Shown here: in pieces, positions 6,407 to 17,000 of the stretch | How the letters are laid out: each line of letters starts with the position of its first letter | Position numbering within the stretch: the stretch's first letter is position 1 | Position numbers and translations under genes: made by a program | The notes under the pieces: model-generated | Seen by the model: the letters and a program-made list of their open reading frames with translations, nothing else | Databases searched by the model: none | What the model was told of the DNA's origin: nothing | Source of the DNA: Fibrobacterales bacterium | GTDB taxonomy: Bacteria > Fibrobacterota > Fibrobacteria > Fibrobacterales > JAOPTW01 | DNA: 24,828 nucleotides | Assembly (NCBI GenBank): GCA_051532035.1 | Contig: JAOPTW010000044.1 | Location: 1 to 24,828 of the forward strand | Direction of reading: 5' to 3'

Positions 6407-7552
6407 ATGGCGCAATTAATAAAATGTATCGGCTGTATGGTAGTGTTTATGGTTTTTACATCCTGTATTATTGATACAGCAGATGAATCAGAATTAGCTC
6501 AACAACAAAGTAGTTCAGAAACGGTCAATGAATCGAGTGGTATCGGCTACTCCTCATCAGGAGAGTCACCCCAGGGAGATCATTATTCCATCGATTGCTG
6601 TTCTGGAGTTGAATCATCAGCAGAAGGGAGTTCTGATGAGAGTTCTACTGTAAGTTCAAGCGAAACTTCTCTTTTACAATGTGAAAATACCAATTCGAAT
6701 ATTCCCACTCCTGATTGTGAGAAAGGGTTTGTTGCGACACCTTTTTATGACACAAATAATTGTTTAGCAGCTATAACTTGTACATCAGACCAAGAAACTG
6801 GGTGCGACAATATTTATGACCCAGTATGTGTATACGACTCTTTTTATGTGAATTTCGATACTCTTCTAGTGTATGAAATAATGGATAATGCCTGTTTTGC
6901 AGAAAGCTCAAGAATGGTTATTTCTAATAAACGTAATTGTACCTTGCTGCGGTGTTCGATTCCTCATCAACCTCCTGAGGATTATTGCCCTGAAGGAGAA
7001 GAGTTTCATTCGATATGGGATGATTGGGGGTGTCCGGTGAGTGGTGGGTGCGAGCCCAAATTAAAGGATTGTACCAATTCATATGAGCCGATTTGTGGAA
7101 TTGATGGCGTAACCTATTCAAATGAGTGCACTATCGGAAATGTAAAAATGGATAAGGCTTACTGGGGTGAGTGTGATGTTGTTGATACCCTGAAAATTGA
7201 AAGGAGTGCGTTAGATTTTACTGATACTTTGAACATCAAAGAGGGCATACCGGTGATAGTGGAGAGTGAGAACGTTCTGCTCCGTATTGATTCTATAAAA
7301 GATTCTCGTTGCGCAGAGGGTAGTCTTTGTGTCTGGGAAGGCGATGGTGTTGTTTCATTTACGCTAACGAAAAATGCATTTATCGAAAGTTTCACACTGC
7401 ATACTCATACTGATTTCGCACAAGAGTTATTGGTTGGTGAATTTAAGATTAAGCTCATTTCCCTTGATTCGTATGTTCCAGAATATCACTATGATGAGTA
7501 TAAAGCGCGATATGAAGTTGGGGTGAGTATATTCAGGTATTTAGGGGATTAA
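6407..7552 (+). CDS. Cys-rich lipoprotein with Kazal-type protease-inhibitor domains
   Basis: Lipobox FTS-C; Ser-rich linker; CDNIYDPVC...NAC and CTNSYEPICGIDGVTYSNEC...YWGEC (Kazal pattern); C-terminal DSRC..GSLCVWEG domain. Confidence 0.85.
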   Translation: MAQLIKCIGCMVVFMVFTSCIIDTADESELAQQQSSSETVNESSGIGYSSSGESPQGDHYSIDCCSGVESSAEGSSDESSTVSSSETSLLQCENTNSNIPTPDCEKGFVATPFYDTNNCLAAITCTSDQETGCDNIYDPVCVYDSFYVNFDTLLVYEIMDNACFAESSRMVISNKRNCTLLRCSIPHQPPEDYCPEGEEFHSIWDDWGCPVSGGCEPKLKDCTNSYEPICGIDGVTYSNECTIGNVKMDKAYWGECDVVDTLKIERSALDFTDTLNIKEGIPVIVESENVLLRIDSIKDSRCAEGSLCVWEGDGVVSFTLTKNAFIESFTLHTHTDFAQELLVGEFKIKLISLDSYVPEYHYDEYKARYEVGVSIFRYLGD

Positions 7553-7887
7553 GAAGTGGCTCCCGGAGTGGATGATATCGTATGCTAAAACAGAATTAGC
7601 TCGAACAGTCTATCGTGAGCTCGGTGCAGAGCGAGTTGGTTCTTACTCTCTGCTTCATAAGGATATTCCAAGTGCACTCTTCCATCAAGAGATTGATTTT
7701 CTATAGAATATGTGGGAGAGTGTGGTGCTCTCATGTTCAGTACAATAAACTGTTTGGCATATCGGTACTCATTATCGCATTGGGTGTTGAGTAAGTGGTT
7801 GTTCTTATTTATTCAATGCGTAATGGTGCTGCGTAGAGTGGTGTCATATTTGGTAATGGTTATTCAAATGAGGAAAAGGCATAGACT

Positions 7888-8253
7888 ATGATGTATATAT
7901 CAGGAGAACAGTTTATAGGAAGAATACTTAGTATTGGAGGAGTCGGCTTCTTTCTGCTTCTGTGGCCAATGATTTCCATGATTATCATTGAGCGGTTATT
8001 CCATTTGGGGCGTTCTACTCTTCTTGGTGGAGCATTACTTACAGTCTTGTTAATAGCGATTCAGCTCATGACATACTTTAAGGAAGATATTCCGGTGGCT
8101 CTATTGATCATATCTGGCCTGTTTTGGAGTTCTCTGTTATTAAAGTTTATATGCGGTCATGAAGTCCTACCTGCAATTGGGGTTTCATTGTGCATAGTGC
8201 TGATTCAAGCCTTTGCTATTAAGTTTTTGTTTTACATTGCCAATTCCATTTAA
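7888..8253 (+). CDS. Hypothetical integral membrane protein (~4 TM)
   Basis: 121 aa, four hydrophobic segments. Confidence 0.7.
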   Translation: MMYISGEQFIGRILSIGGVGFFLLLWPMISMIIIERLFHLGRSTLLGGALLTVLLIAIQLMTYFKEDIPVALLIISGLFWSSLLLKFICGHEVLPAIGVSLCIVLIQAFAIKFLFYIANSI

Positions 8254-8529
8254 GAAGCTATTGACCCTAAGAGGTATTAGATATCACATCTGTACTCAAC
8301 TACAACCTAATCTAAAGATCCTATACCTGTCCGTTTGTTCTTGCATAGATGCAAATCATGGATTAGAGCTCATAACTAAAATCAAGAACGCCAATCCGAA
8401 TGATTTGATTTCTTATTGAATCATACCACATTTAATTAATCTGTATGAACATAACATCTATATGTCCCCCCAAGTCAAGTAAAAAATATTGATTCCCCTC
8501 AAATTGTTTTACTTGACTTCTCACATTTG

Positions 8530-8561
8530 AAAAAGGACGTTTACTCACAGGCGTCCTTTTT
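8530..8561. terminator. Probable bidirectional terminator between convergent genes
   Basis: AAAAAGGACGT ... GCGTCCTTTTT inverted repeat, A run on the left and T run on the right. Confidence 0.65.
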
Positions 8562-8656
8562 AGAGTAACTGGGTGTACTCTCTCATTTGAGACACCAGTA
8601 GGTCGATCGATATATGGATTGAGAATGAGGGGCATCGTATGCCAAAAACCTAGTAA

Positions 8657-10483
8657 CTACTCACCGGTAAGTCGTTTTAGTTTTCTTATTAATGTGGACC
8701 GATGTATACCAAGCATATTAGCGGCGAGTGACTTGTTGCCCTCAGCTGTTTTGAGTGTTTCGAAAATCCGTTCCTTCTCTGAGCGTGTATCATTTTCGTC
8801 ATCATTTTTTTGATTAGTGCTGATCTCATTGGACCCTGATGGTGAATTGGAAGTGACAAGAGTCGATTGGTTCTGCAAATAGTCTGGCAAGTCTGAGTAG
8901 TGAATTATTGAGTTTCTTGCAAAAACAACGAGGTGATTGATTATGTTTTCTAGTTCACGAATATTACCAGGGAAGTTATAGGTCAAGAAAAAGTGCATAA
9001 CCTCACTAGAAAAGTCTGATATGGCTTTACGATTTTTACGATTTGCCTTGTTGAGAAAATTAAAACACAAAGGGGGGATGTCTTCTAATCTTTCGCGGAG
9101 TGGGGGTATGTTGAGCGTTATGACATTTAGGCGATAGTAGAGATCCTTTCTAAAAGATTTTTGTGCAACCAACTCTTCCAAAGGTTGATGGGTTGCAGCA
9201 ACGATACGGACATCTGCATGTTCTTCTATTTCACTACCGAGGGCGTAGTACTTTTTTTGTTCTAATAGACGTAAAAATTTAACTTGCATTGATAGGGGCA
9301 TATCACCAACTTCATCTAAAAAGAGCGTTCCCCCTTGTGCGAGTGCTACTTTTCCTTTCTTGTCTGCTTTAGCGTCTGTAAAAGCACCTTTTTTAAAACC
9401 AAAGAGCTCTGACTCTATTAATGACTCGGGTATGCTACCACAGTTTATAGAGATAAAAGGGGCATCTTTTTTTAGACTGCAATTTTTTATGAGGGTTGCC
9501 ATCACTTCTTTGCCTGTACCACTTTCTCCACGAAGGAGCACTGGTGCATCGGTATTTGCAACCTCCTGTATGCGATTAGTGAGTGTAACCATCTTAGGAC
9601 TCTTAAATATATAGGATTCTTCTTTTGGGAGAAAAGAAGGGGCTAATGGTAGTACACCCTCTTCCTGGATGTCGTTAGTGTCTTGGGAGGGTGGGGTTAT
9701 TACTGCCTGAGCCATATAGGTATTGGCACTTGTTTCTGATTGGGCAAGTACTCTGGATACCTTCCAATTGAGGATAACAGTCTCGCCGGAATTGGTGGTA
9801 ATTGTTCGCGTACAATTAAGTGGAATGTCATTATTTAGGGTTGTCTGCTCATTGTTACTTAAAGAGAGGTGATCTAAAAAATTTGAAATACTCCCACGAG
9901 AAGAGTTTGAGAATAACTCTATACATTCTTGGTTTTGATTAATAATGAGTCCGTTTTCATTATAGAGCACTTTTGGAATAGGTGATTTGGTAAATGAATG
10001 TATGAACCGTGTTTCACCCGCTTGAAATTGCGCTTCTACCATGCGAAGTCTCGTAACTTCATGTCCAAAGAGTTGAACGCCAGTGAGGTTGTTTAAGGCA
10101 TCTCGTGTGGGATACGCACGTGCTTCAATCACCTTGATTTCACCGTTTCTGGCTTTTAGTTGCCATTCCATAGTTTTTCCATAATCATTACACAGTACTT
10201 TGGTCATTGCTTGTTGGAGGCGTTCATGCTCCCAAGTGGGAAAGAGAGAAACAAAATGGAGGCCCTCTTCAAGATCTTGTTCTGTATAGCCGGTCATTTT
10301 TAAGCTGGATGGGTTGGCGTATTTTACTTGGTAGTTCTCATCGATTTCCACATAGATGGAATCCATTCTGGATAATACCGAATTAAGAGTACTTTTCAGA
10401 TAGTTTATTTCATCATGTTGAGAATACGTGGGGTTAACATCACACAACTTATCGTGAGTAGGAGGAGAAATGGAGTTGTTCAT
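8657..10483 (-). CDS. PAS-domain sigma54-dependent Fis-family transcriptional activator (bEBP)
   Basis: N-terminal PAS domains; Walker A GESGTGKE; ESELFG..KGAFTDA loop; Walker B LFLDEVG; FRKDLYYRL; FPGNIREL; C-terminal HTH GNKSLAANMLGIHRSTLIRKL. Confidence 0.96.
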   Translation of the reverse strand: MNNSISPPTHDKLCDVNPTYSQHDEINYLKSTLNSVLSRMDSIYVEIDENYQVKYANPSSLKMTGYTEQDLEEGLHFVSLFPTWEHERLQQAMTKVLCNDYGKTMEWQLKARNGEIKVIEARAYPTRDALNNLTGVQLFGHEVTRLRMVEAQFQAGETRFIHSFTKSPIPKVLYNENGLIINQNQECIELFSNSSRGSISNFLDHLSLSNNEQTTLNNDIPLNCTRTITTNSGETVILNWKVSRVLAQSETSANTYMAQAVITPPSQDTNDIQEEGVLPLAPSFLPKEESYIFKSPKMVTLTNRIQEVANTDAPVLLRGESGTGKEVMATLIKNCSLKKDAPFISINCGSIPESLIESELFGFKKGAFTDAKADKKGKVALAQGGTLFLDEVGDMPLSMQVKFLRLLEQKKYYALGSEIEEHADVRIVAATHQPLEELVAQKSFRKDLYYRLNVITLNIPPLRERLEDIPPLCFNFLNKANRKNRKAISDFSSEVMHFFLTYNFPGNIRELENIINHLVVFARNSIIHYSDLPDYLQNQSTLVTSNSPSGSNEISTNQKNDDENDTRSEKERIFETLKTAEGNKSLAANMLGIHRSTLIRKLKRLTGE

Positions 10484-10631
10484 GGGATCTCAGTTATAGG
10501 GGGCAGACCAATTGGAATTATACAATTTCTTAAAATATTCGTGGTGTTATTCAGTGAAATGAACAGACTTACTTGTATTTAAGTTGTTCAATAAGGTGTT
10601 CTCAGGAGTAGTAACTGCCATAGGGCATTCG

Positions 10632-10700
10632 TGCAACAATGCTACAGTGAAAGTGTTGCTTGCGACAATAGTGCGACAGTAGTGCGACAGTGCTGCGACG
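10632..10700. promoter_or_regulatory. Putative upstream activator sequence (bEBP binding sites)
   Basis: TGCGAC(A/G) at 10661, 10672, 10683 and 10694 (11-bp period); near-palindrome TGTTGC-TT-GCGACA at 10654-10667; TGCAACA at 10632. Confidence 0.6.
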
Positions 10701-10762
10701 GTGCCCGTGTAGCAGGGAGTGTCGAAAATGATTAAATAGCTGAAAATGGAGTAATATTTTTT

Positions 10763-10778
10763 TGGCACGCTGCTTGCT
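10763..10778 (+). promoter_or_regulatory. sigma54 (-24/-12) promoter
   Basis: TGGCAC-GCTGC-TTGCT is an exact match to TGGCAC-N5-TTGC, ~60 bp upstream of the 10839 ATG and divergent from a bEBP gene. Confidence 0.9.
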
Positions 10779-10838
10779 TTATATGAATGTATAATCAAAA
10801 ACAAACATCAACACAAACATACAAATTGGAGATACACT

Positions 10839-11744
10839 ATGAAAATTTTAAAAAACTTCACCATTGCTCTTGCTATGATGGGTGCCCTCGCTACCGTTTC
10901 AGCACAAAAAAAACCAACCATCTTTATACAGAAAACTCAGATTAGTCCGTTACTACGAGTAGTAGGTGAGAAGGCGTGGTGGCAAGATACTACTAATCTG
11001 GCTAAGGCTGATAATCTTGTTATTTCAACAAGTGGATCCGCTGCCACGCTGATGCAATTTATAAACCGTGTAACTGGGGTTTCAAAACTTCTACGTTTTC
11101 TTGATCCAACTCAAGGAAGCTACAATGCATTTAAAGCTCTCCCTACACTACTTCATCACACAATAGGACTTGAGAGTAATGACCATGTAAGCGCTCAGGC
11201 AATACGTATTGCGTCAGAGTCGCATGAAAGTAATGTATTTGCTCTAGCTACTCGGCCAACATTCTCATTTTTTAAAGGAGTGGGAGACATGAGTGACATT
11301 GATGATGGTTATTTTCATCCTACAGCTAACCAGTGGGCATTACGCATTGCTATAGCTATGGGCAGAATAACGAATCCGGATAAGAAACTTATTCTCATAG
11401 GTAAAAGTATGGGGGGCTGCCAGATGTATAAAGCGGCGAATAAATTAAAAAAATTCAATGTTACGGTAGATGCATTGATACTCGTAGATGCTTCGTGTGA
11501 GGTGGATGATCATAGTGGTAGTAGACTACCAGTCAATGATAATGTTAAAAGAGCATACAGCTTTTTCCAGAGAAAAGCGGGTGAAAAACAAAAAGGATAT
11601 TCTATAAGCGAAACAGATCCTCTTAGATTTAATCGTGATGTTAATAAAACAGGATTTTGTGACAATGTGGGGCATGGCCAAATTGATACGTGTGATGGCG
11701 TATTGGACTATATTACAAATATTGGTAACGCAATACTGAGATGA
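10839..11744 (+). CDS. Secreted alpha/beta-hydrolase-fold protein
   Basis: GGAG RBS; signal peptide (VSA-Q); nucleophile elbow LILIGKSMGG (GxSxG); LILVDA strand; candidate catalytic His in VGHGQID. Confidence 0.8.
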   Translation: MKILKNFTIALAMMGALATVSAQKKPTIFIQKTQISPLLRVVGEKAWWQDTTNLAKADNLVISTSGSAATLMQFINRVTGVSKLLRFLDPTQGSYNAFKALPTLLHHTIGLESNDHVSAQAIRIASESHESNVFALATRPTFSFFKGVGDMSDIDDGYFHPTANQWALRIAIAMGRITNPDKKLILIGKSMGGCQMYKAANKLKKFNVTVDALILVDASCEVDDHSGSRLPVNDNVKRAYSFFQRKAGEKQKGYSISETDPLRFNRDVNKTGFCDNVGHGQIDTCDGVLDYITNIGNAILR

Positions 11745-11785
11745 GACTAAATAGAATAAGCATGGCTTAGTAATAACATTAATTT

Positions 11786-11814
11786 AAGAGGCTGAATATT
11801 ATATTCAGTCTCTT
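11786..11814 (+). terminator. Hairpin/terminator downstream of the hydrolase gene
   Basis: AAGAGGCTGAATA / TATTCAGTCTCTT inverted repeat followed by T-rich sequence. Confidence 0.65.
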
Positions 11815-11823
11815 TGCTTTGTT

Positions 11824-11856
11824 AAGCACCTGTCTCTTTAGATGGGTGCTTTTTTT
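11824..11856 (+). terminator. Rho-independent terminator (third, solo copy of the repeat-family terminator)
   Basis: AAGCACCTGTCT-CTTT-AGATGGGTGCTT plus T run; near-identical to 4049-4079 and 22972-23003. Confidence 0.85.
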
Positions 11857-12116
11857 GTTGGGATCTCTGAGTTTGAGTTTTCAAAACTGTGTGAGGCTGA
11901 GGTGTTTAATGAACGTACTATTGTCTGTCCCAACAAGTAGTGTATTCCGAGTTTTGCCGTGGATATTATAGGTGAACCAGATACTTGATACCGGATAGTA
12001 CTTTTACCCGAGTATCTTTTAGCAGATACTCCTTATAACCCTCACAACCCTTAAAACTTCAGAGATATCTGGTTACATTTGCATCACAGATAGTGTCTAC
12101 TATTCATAGGCTTTGA

Positions 12117-13496
12117 GTGGTGAAAAGGATAAATTCTACAGTGATTCCAAAAGTAATACGGATACGATTGTGTCTCTTATTGATACTCGTAATTGGGGCT
12201 TTACCTTCTTTTGGTAAAGGGGGGGAGTTTTTACCTGAGCATCCAGGTAGTTACCATCAGAACCCTGCAGTAAATGCCCTCACTCGTGGCATCTATTGGT
12301 CTGGTGAGTTTTTGGGGAATTCAGGAATATATTCCCTTGGAAGTACGTTTTCATTTCCCTTTATTTTGGACAGTCGGCTTTTCTTTGCAGGAACAAAAGA
12401 TTCACCTGGTCAGGAGTCTAGTAAAGGTACGATTGGTATTACTCGATCATTCCAACTGAATAACCGGTTCGCTGACTCGTTGCTAGTGGGATTGAATGGA
12501 CTTCTACCAGGGGTTTTGTGGTATCTTCCAGAGGAACGTACTCCTTTTGCCGATGTAGTTCTTGGTAGTTATGTCAGAGAAACAACATCAGATAAGTTAG
12601 ACCTTGAATTAGAGGGGAGAGTTGGTCTCTTTGATAAGCATGTAGATCTGTTGTGGTCTATGGGCTCCATGAGAAATACCACTACCTTTACTTGGCTTAA
12701 TTATCCTGTAGTGCGTAATTTTCACCGTATTGGGGTGCGATTCAATCCTAATGAATGGTTCAGTTTAACATATTCGCTCTTGCATGGTGGGAATCAAGAA
12801 TACCGTATGAGTGCTGATATCCAACGGGAAGGTGTGTTTTCTACTATTGGATTCGATCTATATGGCTACTATACCGAGGGTCACAGCAGTAGTCGAATCC
12901 GTAGATCGTCACAATCAAATCTTTACTCTACATCTACATTATTTGATGAACGAGACTATGGGGTTGGAGTATCCGTACGTCTTGGTCTGTTTGGTGGTTA
13001 TCTTAAAAATAGTCATAACGAAAGTGTCTCCCTTGTAGATTACTACCTCGATAAATCTGAATCAGAGGAAGAACGTTTATTGGAGAAAAGTGCTGGGGGG
13101 ACTTTTACCCAGGCTGATTCGGCTGAGCATTACAATCAGTATAAGGTCGGTATAATGCGTGGGTGGGTACTGCCGATACTTAATACCTGGACTCTCTATG
13201 GGACTCTCTTTATACCGGCAGGTACCAATAATCTTTTAATGGGCAATACACAAACGGGTTTGATGTTTCTAGCAGGGTGGTCGGCAACTGCAACCCTCTT
13301 CATTTATACCAAATCACAATCAGTCGATTCTCCTGAATTGGATTCTTTTCTTTTCTTAACTGCGGTTGGATTAAAAATTTGGGATTTCTTTGTGGCGCGC
13401 AGTTTTGCAAGCGAACACAATGAACAATTACAATTGAAAATTGCTCCACTAGTAAATGGTGAAAAAATAGGGGCGGAGGCGATCATTGCTTTTTAA
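12117..13496 (+). CDS. Hypothetical exported protein, probably outer-membrane beta-rich with a hydrophobic C-terminal region
   Basis: 459-aa ORF with a signal-like segment, alternating amphipathic strands and terminal Phe. The start codon is uncertain (GTG). Confidence 0.7.
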   Translation: MVKRINSTVIPKVIRIRLCLLLILVIGALPSFGKGGEFLPEHPGSYHQNPAVNALTRGIYWSGEFLGNSGIYSLGSTFSFPFILDSRLFFAGTKDSPGQESSKGTIGITRSFQLNNRFADSLLVGLNGLLPGVLWYLPEERTPFADVVLGSYVRETTSDKLDLELEGRVGLFDKHVDLLWSMGSMRNTTTFTWLNYPVVRNFHRIGVRFNPNEWFSLTYSLLHGGNQEYRMSADIQREGVFSTIGFDLYGYYTEGHSSSRIRRSSQSNLYSTSTLFDERDYGVGVSVRLGLFGGYLKNSHNESVSLVDYYLDKSESEEERLLEKSAGGTFTQADSAEHYNQYKVGIMRGWVLPILNTWTLYGTLFIPAGTNNLLMGNTQTGLMFLAGWSATATLFIYTKSQSVDSPELDSFLFLTAVGLKIWDFFVARSFASEHNEQLQLKIAPLVNGEKIGAEAIIAF

Positions 13497-14070
13497 AAAT
13501 ATCTGTATCGTTCTTACGCTTCTCAGTGTAGTCAGTTGGAGTGATTCAATTAATTCTCAGGAGTTACAAGATACTCATCCACATTCTGTACTTATTTCTC
13601 CAATCGAAAGTTTCATAATTGGTGGTGCAATTATGGAATACCGCTATTATCATTCTCTTATTCTGGGTGAGTTGCAGGCAGACCTTGGCTATGGTAACCG
13701 AGGGATATTGAGTCATGATTCTACATCGTGGATTGTAGGTGCTGGATATCGCTTTTCGGGATCTGAATCTGGTGGGTGGTATGTTAATGCAACGGTAGAC
13801 TTCTATACTTATCGATCGTTTGTCTATGATAACTCCTATGAAGCACACTTAAACCAATCCCAAGTTACTACAGAATGGAAGAGCGTACTCCACTACGATT
13901 GTGCGGTAGGGTATCTTGGTATATTTGATACATACTATTTACTTGAAGTATCATTTTCACCGCTCTCTTTGTGGATGTTCAGTAAAAGCCTTGATGATGA
14001 TGATTTGAGCTTTAAAGAAGATGTACGATTTAGCCATATTGTGACTATTCAAACGGGCGTTAGGTTTTAA
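13486..14070 (+). CDS. Small outer-membrane beta-barrel protein
   Basis: Signal peptide; aromatic/Gly amphipathic strands; C-terminal QTGVRF beta-signal; TTG start overlaps the upstream gene end. Confidence 0.75.
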   Translation: MLFKNICIVLTLLSVVSWSDSINSQELQDTHPHSVLISPIESFIIGGAIMEYRYYHSLILGELQADLGYGNRGILSHDSTSWIVGAGYRFSGSESGGWYVNATVDFYTYRSFVYDNSYEAHLNQSQVTTEWKSVLHYDCAVGYLGIFDTYYLLEVSFSPLSLWMFSKSLDDDDLSFKEDVRFSHIVTIQTGVRF

Positions 14071-17000
14071 TCAACACCCCGTCTTACACAGCGCAATGAA
14101 CCTTGTGCGCGCTTATTCATTTCGTGGAGTTCAGTTTTGAGTTTATTTTTTCCTTGGATCTCATAGGCCCATGCATCGGTATCGGTAGCATTTATTGCCG
14201 ACCACCAGAAGGCACCGTTCCATACATGTGAACCATTAATAACATATCCCGACCTTTTGGCGTCAAAGCCTACTAAGTCTGTGAGGTCATCTATGGTGTC
14301 AAAGGCTGGGCTCCAGGAGTTGGGATTAACAATGACCGTATAAAGATAGGGGCGTTGCTCTGCATCTCTCACCAATGGTGACGGGCTCTGAGTATCAACT
14401 GTTTCGGCTAGAGACACCCATTGCTCAAAGGTAGGCACCGACCATCCTTCTGGACAAATTCCTTGATAATAGGTACTATCAGGATCCCAGAGCTCACTGT
14501 TTTTAGAATTGTGCAGTGTCAAAACATCGGCCCAAGTATAGAGTGATCCATAGCGTGCACAGTGTTCTTCGCTATTGTTAAGGCAGTGGGATAATGCTGT
14601 TTTGAAATTGAGGTTTTCTGTCATCCAATCGAGTGTATCGATTGAAGTATAGCGGTAGGAGGTCCCATCGCGATCATCTACAAACGCTTTTGTTGTATTA
14701 AGGGTTACGGTAGCGTGAGTACTCGTAAAATCATTTGATGCGGTGATGGTGAACTCTAGTGTTGAGCGGCTCGTGAGTACAGATACGTCTCCTGTAAGAA
14801 TAAGGCCACCTGTAGATGGGGCATAGGTAAAGTGTTCAGAGTCAGTACCAGTAATAGTAAAAGTGAGGTTTGATGGATCACTGACAATGGTTGTTAAGGT
14901 GATGAGCGTATCACCGATAGTGTTGAGATTAGTAATATATCCGGTGTAAGAGGTAAATTCAAATTCAGCAGATTCGTTTGGCTGTACGCAGCGGACATAA
15001 TAGGGATACCCCTTGAATGAATGCCACACAATAGAGCCTGTAAGCGGGGTCGTGATACGGAAGCTCCAACTGTTTCTGCTATCCAATTCTGTAGAAGACC
15101 ACCACTCAGAAGCGCTCTTACGTGCAGAAAATCCATAGCGATCCCAATGGCTATCACTCCACTGGTTCTCTAATTTAAGATGATTAACTACTTCATACTG
15201 TGGATGCTGTAGGTTGGCACTATCAATATACGATGAATCACCCATAAATGCCATAAGAGATGCCCAGTCATTGCGGTTGGGGAGATACCAGTCTTCAGGG
15301 CATACTCCTTGTGTCCGTATGATCTCATGCCCGTACTCGTCACTCGCAAAGGTTTCGTCTATGAGTAGTGCCTGAGGCCAGGTATACTGCCGTCCGTAAA
15401 CAGTACAGTTACTTTCATAGTCATTTTCACAGGTGGAGCCCGGTGCGTTGTACCGTAAGTTTTCTGCCATCCAGTTAACACCATCTATGGCAACAAAGGC
15501 ATAGCTGTTTGAGTCTCTCGTATCGACAAATCCAGATTTGACGGTTATGCGTGCAAGTACTTTTGCGGTATCTGATTCTGCTTGTGCCTGAATATGCAAG
15601 ACCTCAGTAGTCGATACAATATCGTTGAGTGCTTCTGTTGCAGTAATGGTCCCTGTAGTAGGGGAGATATCAAACAGGCCTGTGTCATTACCGCTGATAA
15701 TACTATATACAACAGGCTCTGAGCTAATGGTCGTTGCATGCACAGTGCCAACGGAATCTCCCGGGGGGAGTGTCGTAGCTATAGCAAATCTATACTCATG
15801 CTGATCAAATACCGGTTTACTCCCATGATACACACAGCGTACTGATTGTTCACTCCCCATTGACTTCCAGTCTTCTGCAACAATAGACTTTTGACCAACA
15901 CCTGTAGCACTCGGATCATACCAGGAATTGCGGCTAAAGCTTTTGGTGCTTCCATTATCATTCTCATAAGTAGAGGCGTATGCAGTGGTACTATTACCAT
16001 CATGCAGAAATGGGTATGATACCTTTTTGGTGTTTTGTAAAGTACGTCCCATGTTATCCCATTCACCCCATGTTGGAATATGCCACCCTGTTGGGCAGAT
16101 GCCTTGATATATATGAGTGCTGTGTTCAATGATATTCCCATTAATATTGGGCTCCACATTCATGAGTGTGTACCAGGAATAGCGACACCCAATTGAATCA
16201 CCCACAGAAGTACAGGTGTGCAGAGATGGATCTGACGAATATCTGAGGTCACTCGACATCCATAGAGCATTATCGTATTGATGTATGGTGTAGGCTTGTT
16301 GGTCACGGGTATCATACATCAGTGATCCAACTACAATAGATATATCGTGAGTCGTGCTGTTGGTGCCGTCTGATACTTCAATAGTCAATAGGAATTCAGG
16401 AGTAGTTTTAAAGTCAATAGCTTTTGCAAGTCTCAGAACGCCAGAAGTGTCTATTGATAAAGTACCACTGGTATCACCAGTGGTGATGGCAAAGGCAAGA
16501 GTGTCACTATCACTATCGGTAATATGGAATCGCGTAAGTACTTGACCAACGTGCATCGTATCGAGAATAAAGAAATTGTCTGATAGGAGGGTCTTGAATT
16601 GTGGAACAGTACTATCGAGAATACACCGTACTGAATGATAGGCGCCGTATGAAGCACTCGTTACAGAGAGGTTATCACCAACGAGCTGGACTATGTGGTA
16701 ATTATATCCGGTTGTGTCAGATTGAGTACTGGTCCACCATGTAGTTGTCTGACCTCTGTTATCATTGGAGTAGCTGTAATCTGAAATATCAGTTGCGAGT
16801 GCCCAAAAGTTAAAATCATTACTGATAGGTAAACCATCATCCCAGCCTACGGGTGCTTTTAGGTATTGCCCTAAGGGGTAATGGTCGGGAGAGGATTGAT
16901 AGGGGTAGTTAGCGTGGGCCGTTAAAAAATTAATAAGATCCATCCATTCCGAAGCAGTAGGAATGTGATACTTTTCTGGACATACATTCTCTAACAGAAT

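Noticed and set aside
7572..7706. 44-aa ORF MISYAKTELARTVYRELG...
   Set aside because: Short, with no recognisable motif; may be a remnant but cannot be supported.
8213..8419. Possible receiver-domain remnant (GLELITKIKNANPN)
   Set aside because: Similarity is impressionistic; the conserved Asp/Lys pattern is not evident.
10547..10804. 85-aa minus-strand ORF with TVAA-like repeats
   Set aside because: Arises from the enhancer repeats in the divergent promoter region.
11975..12095. Scattered AGATA(C/G/T)T motifs upstream of the 12117 gene as operator sites
   Set aside because: Irregular spacing and short motif; compatible with chance.
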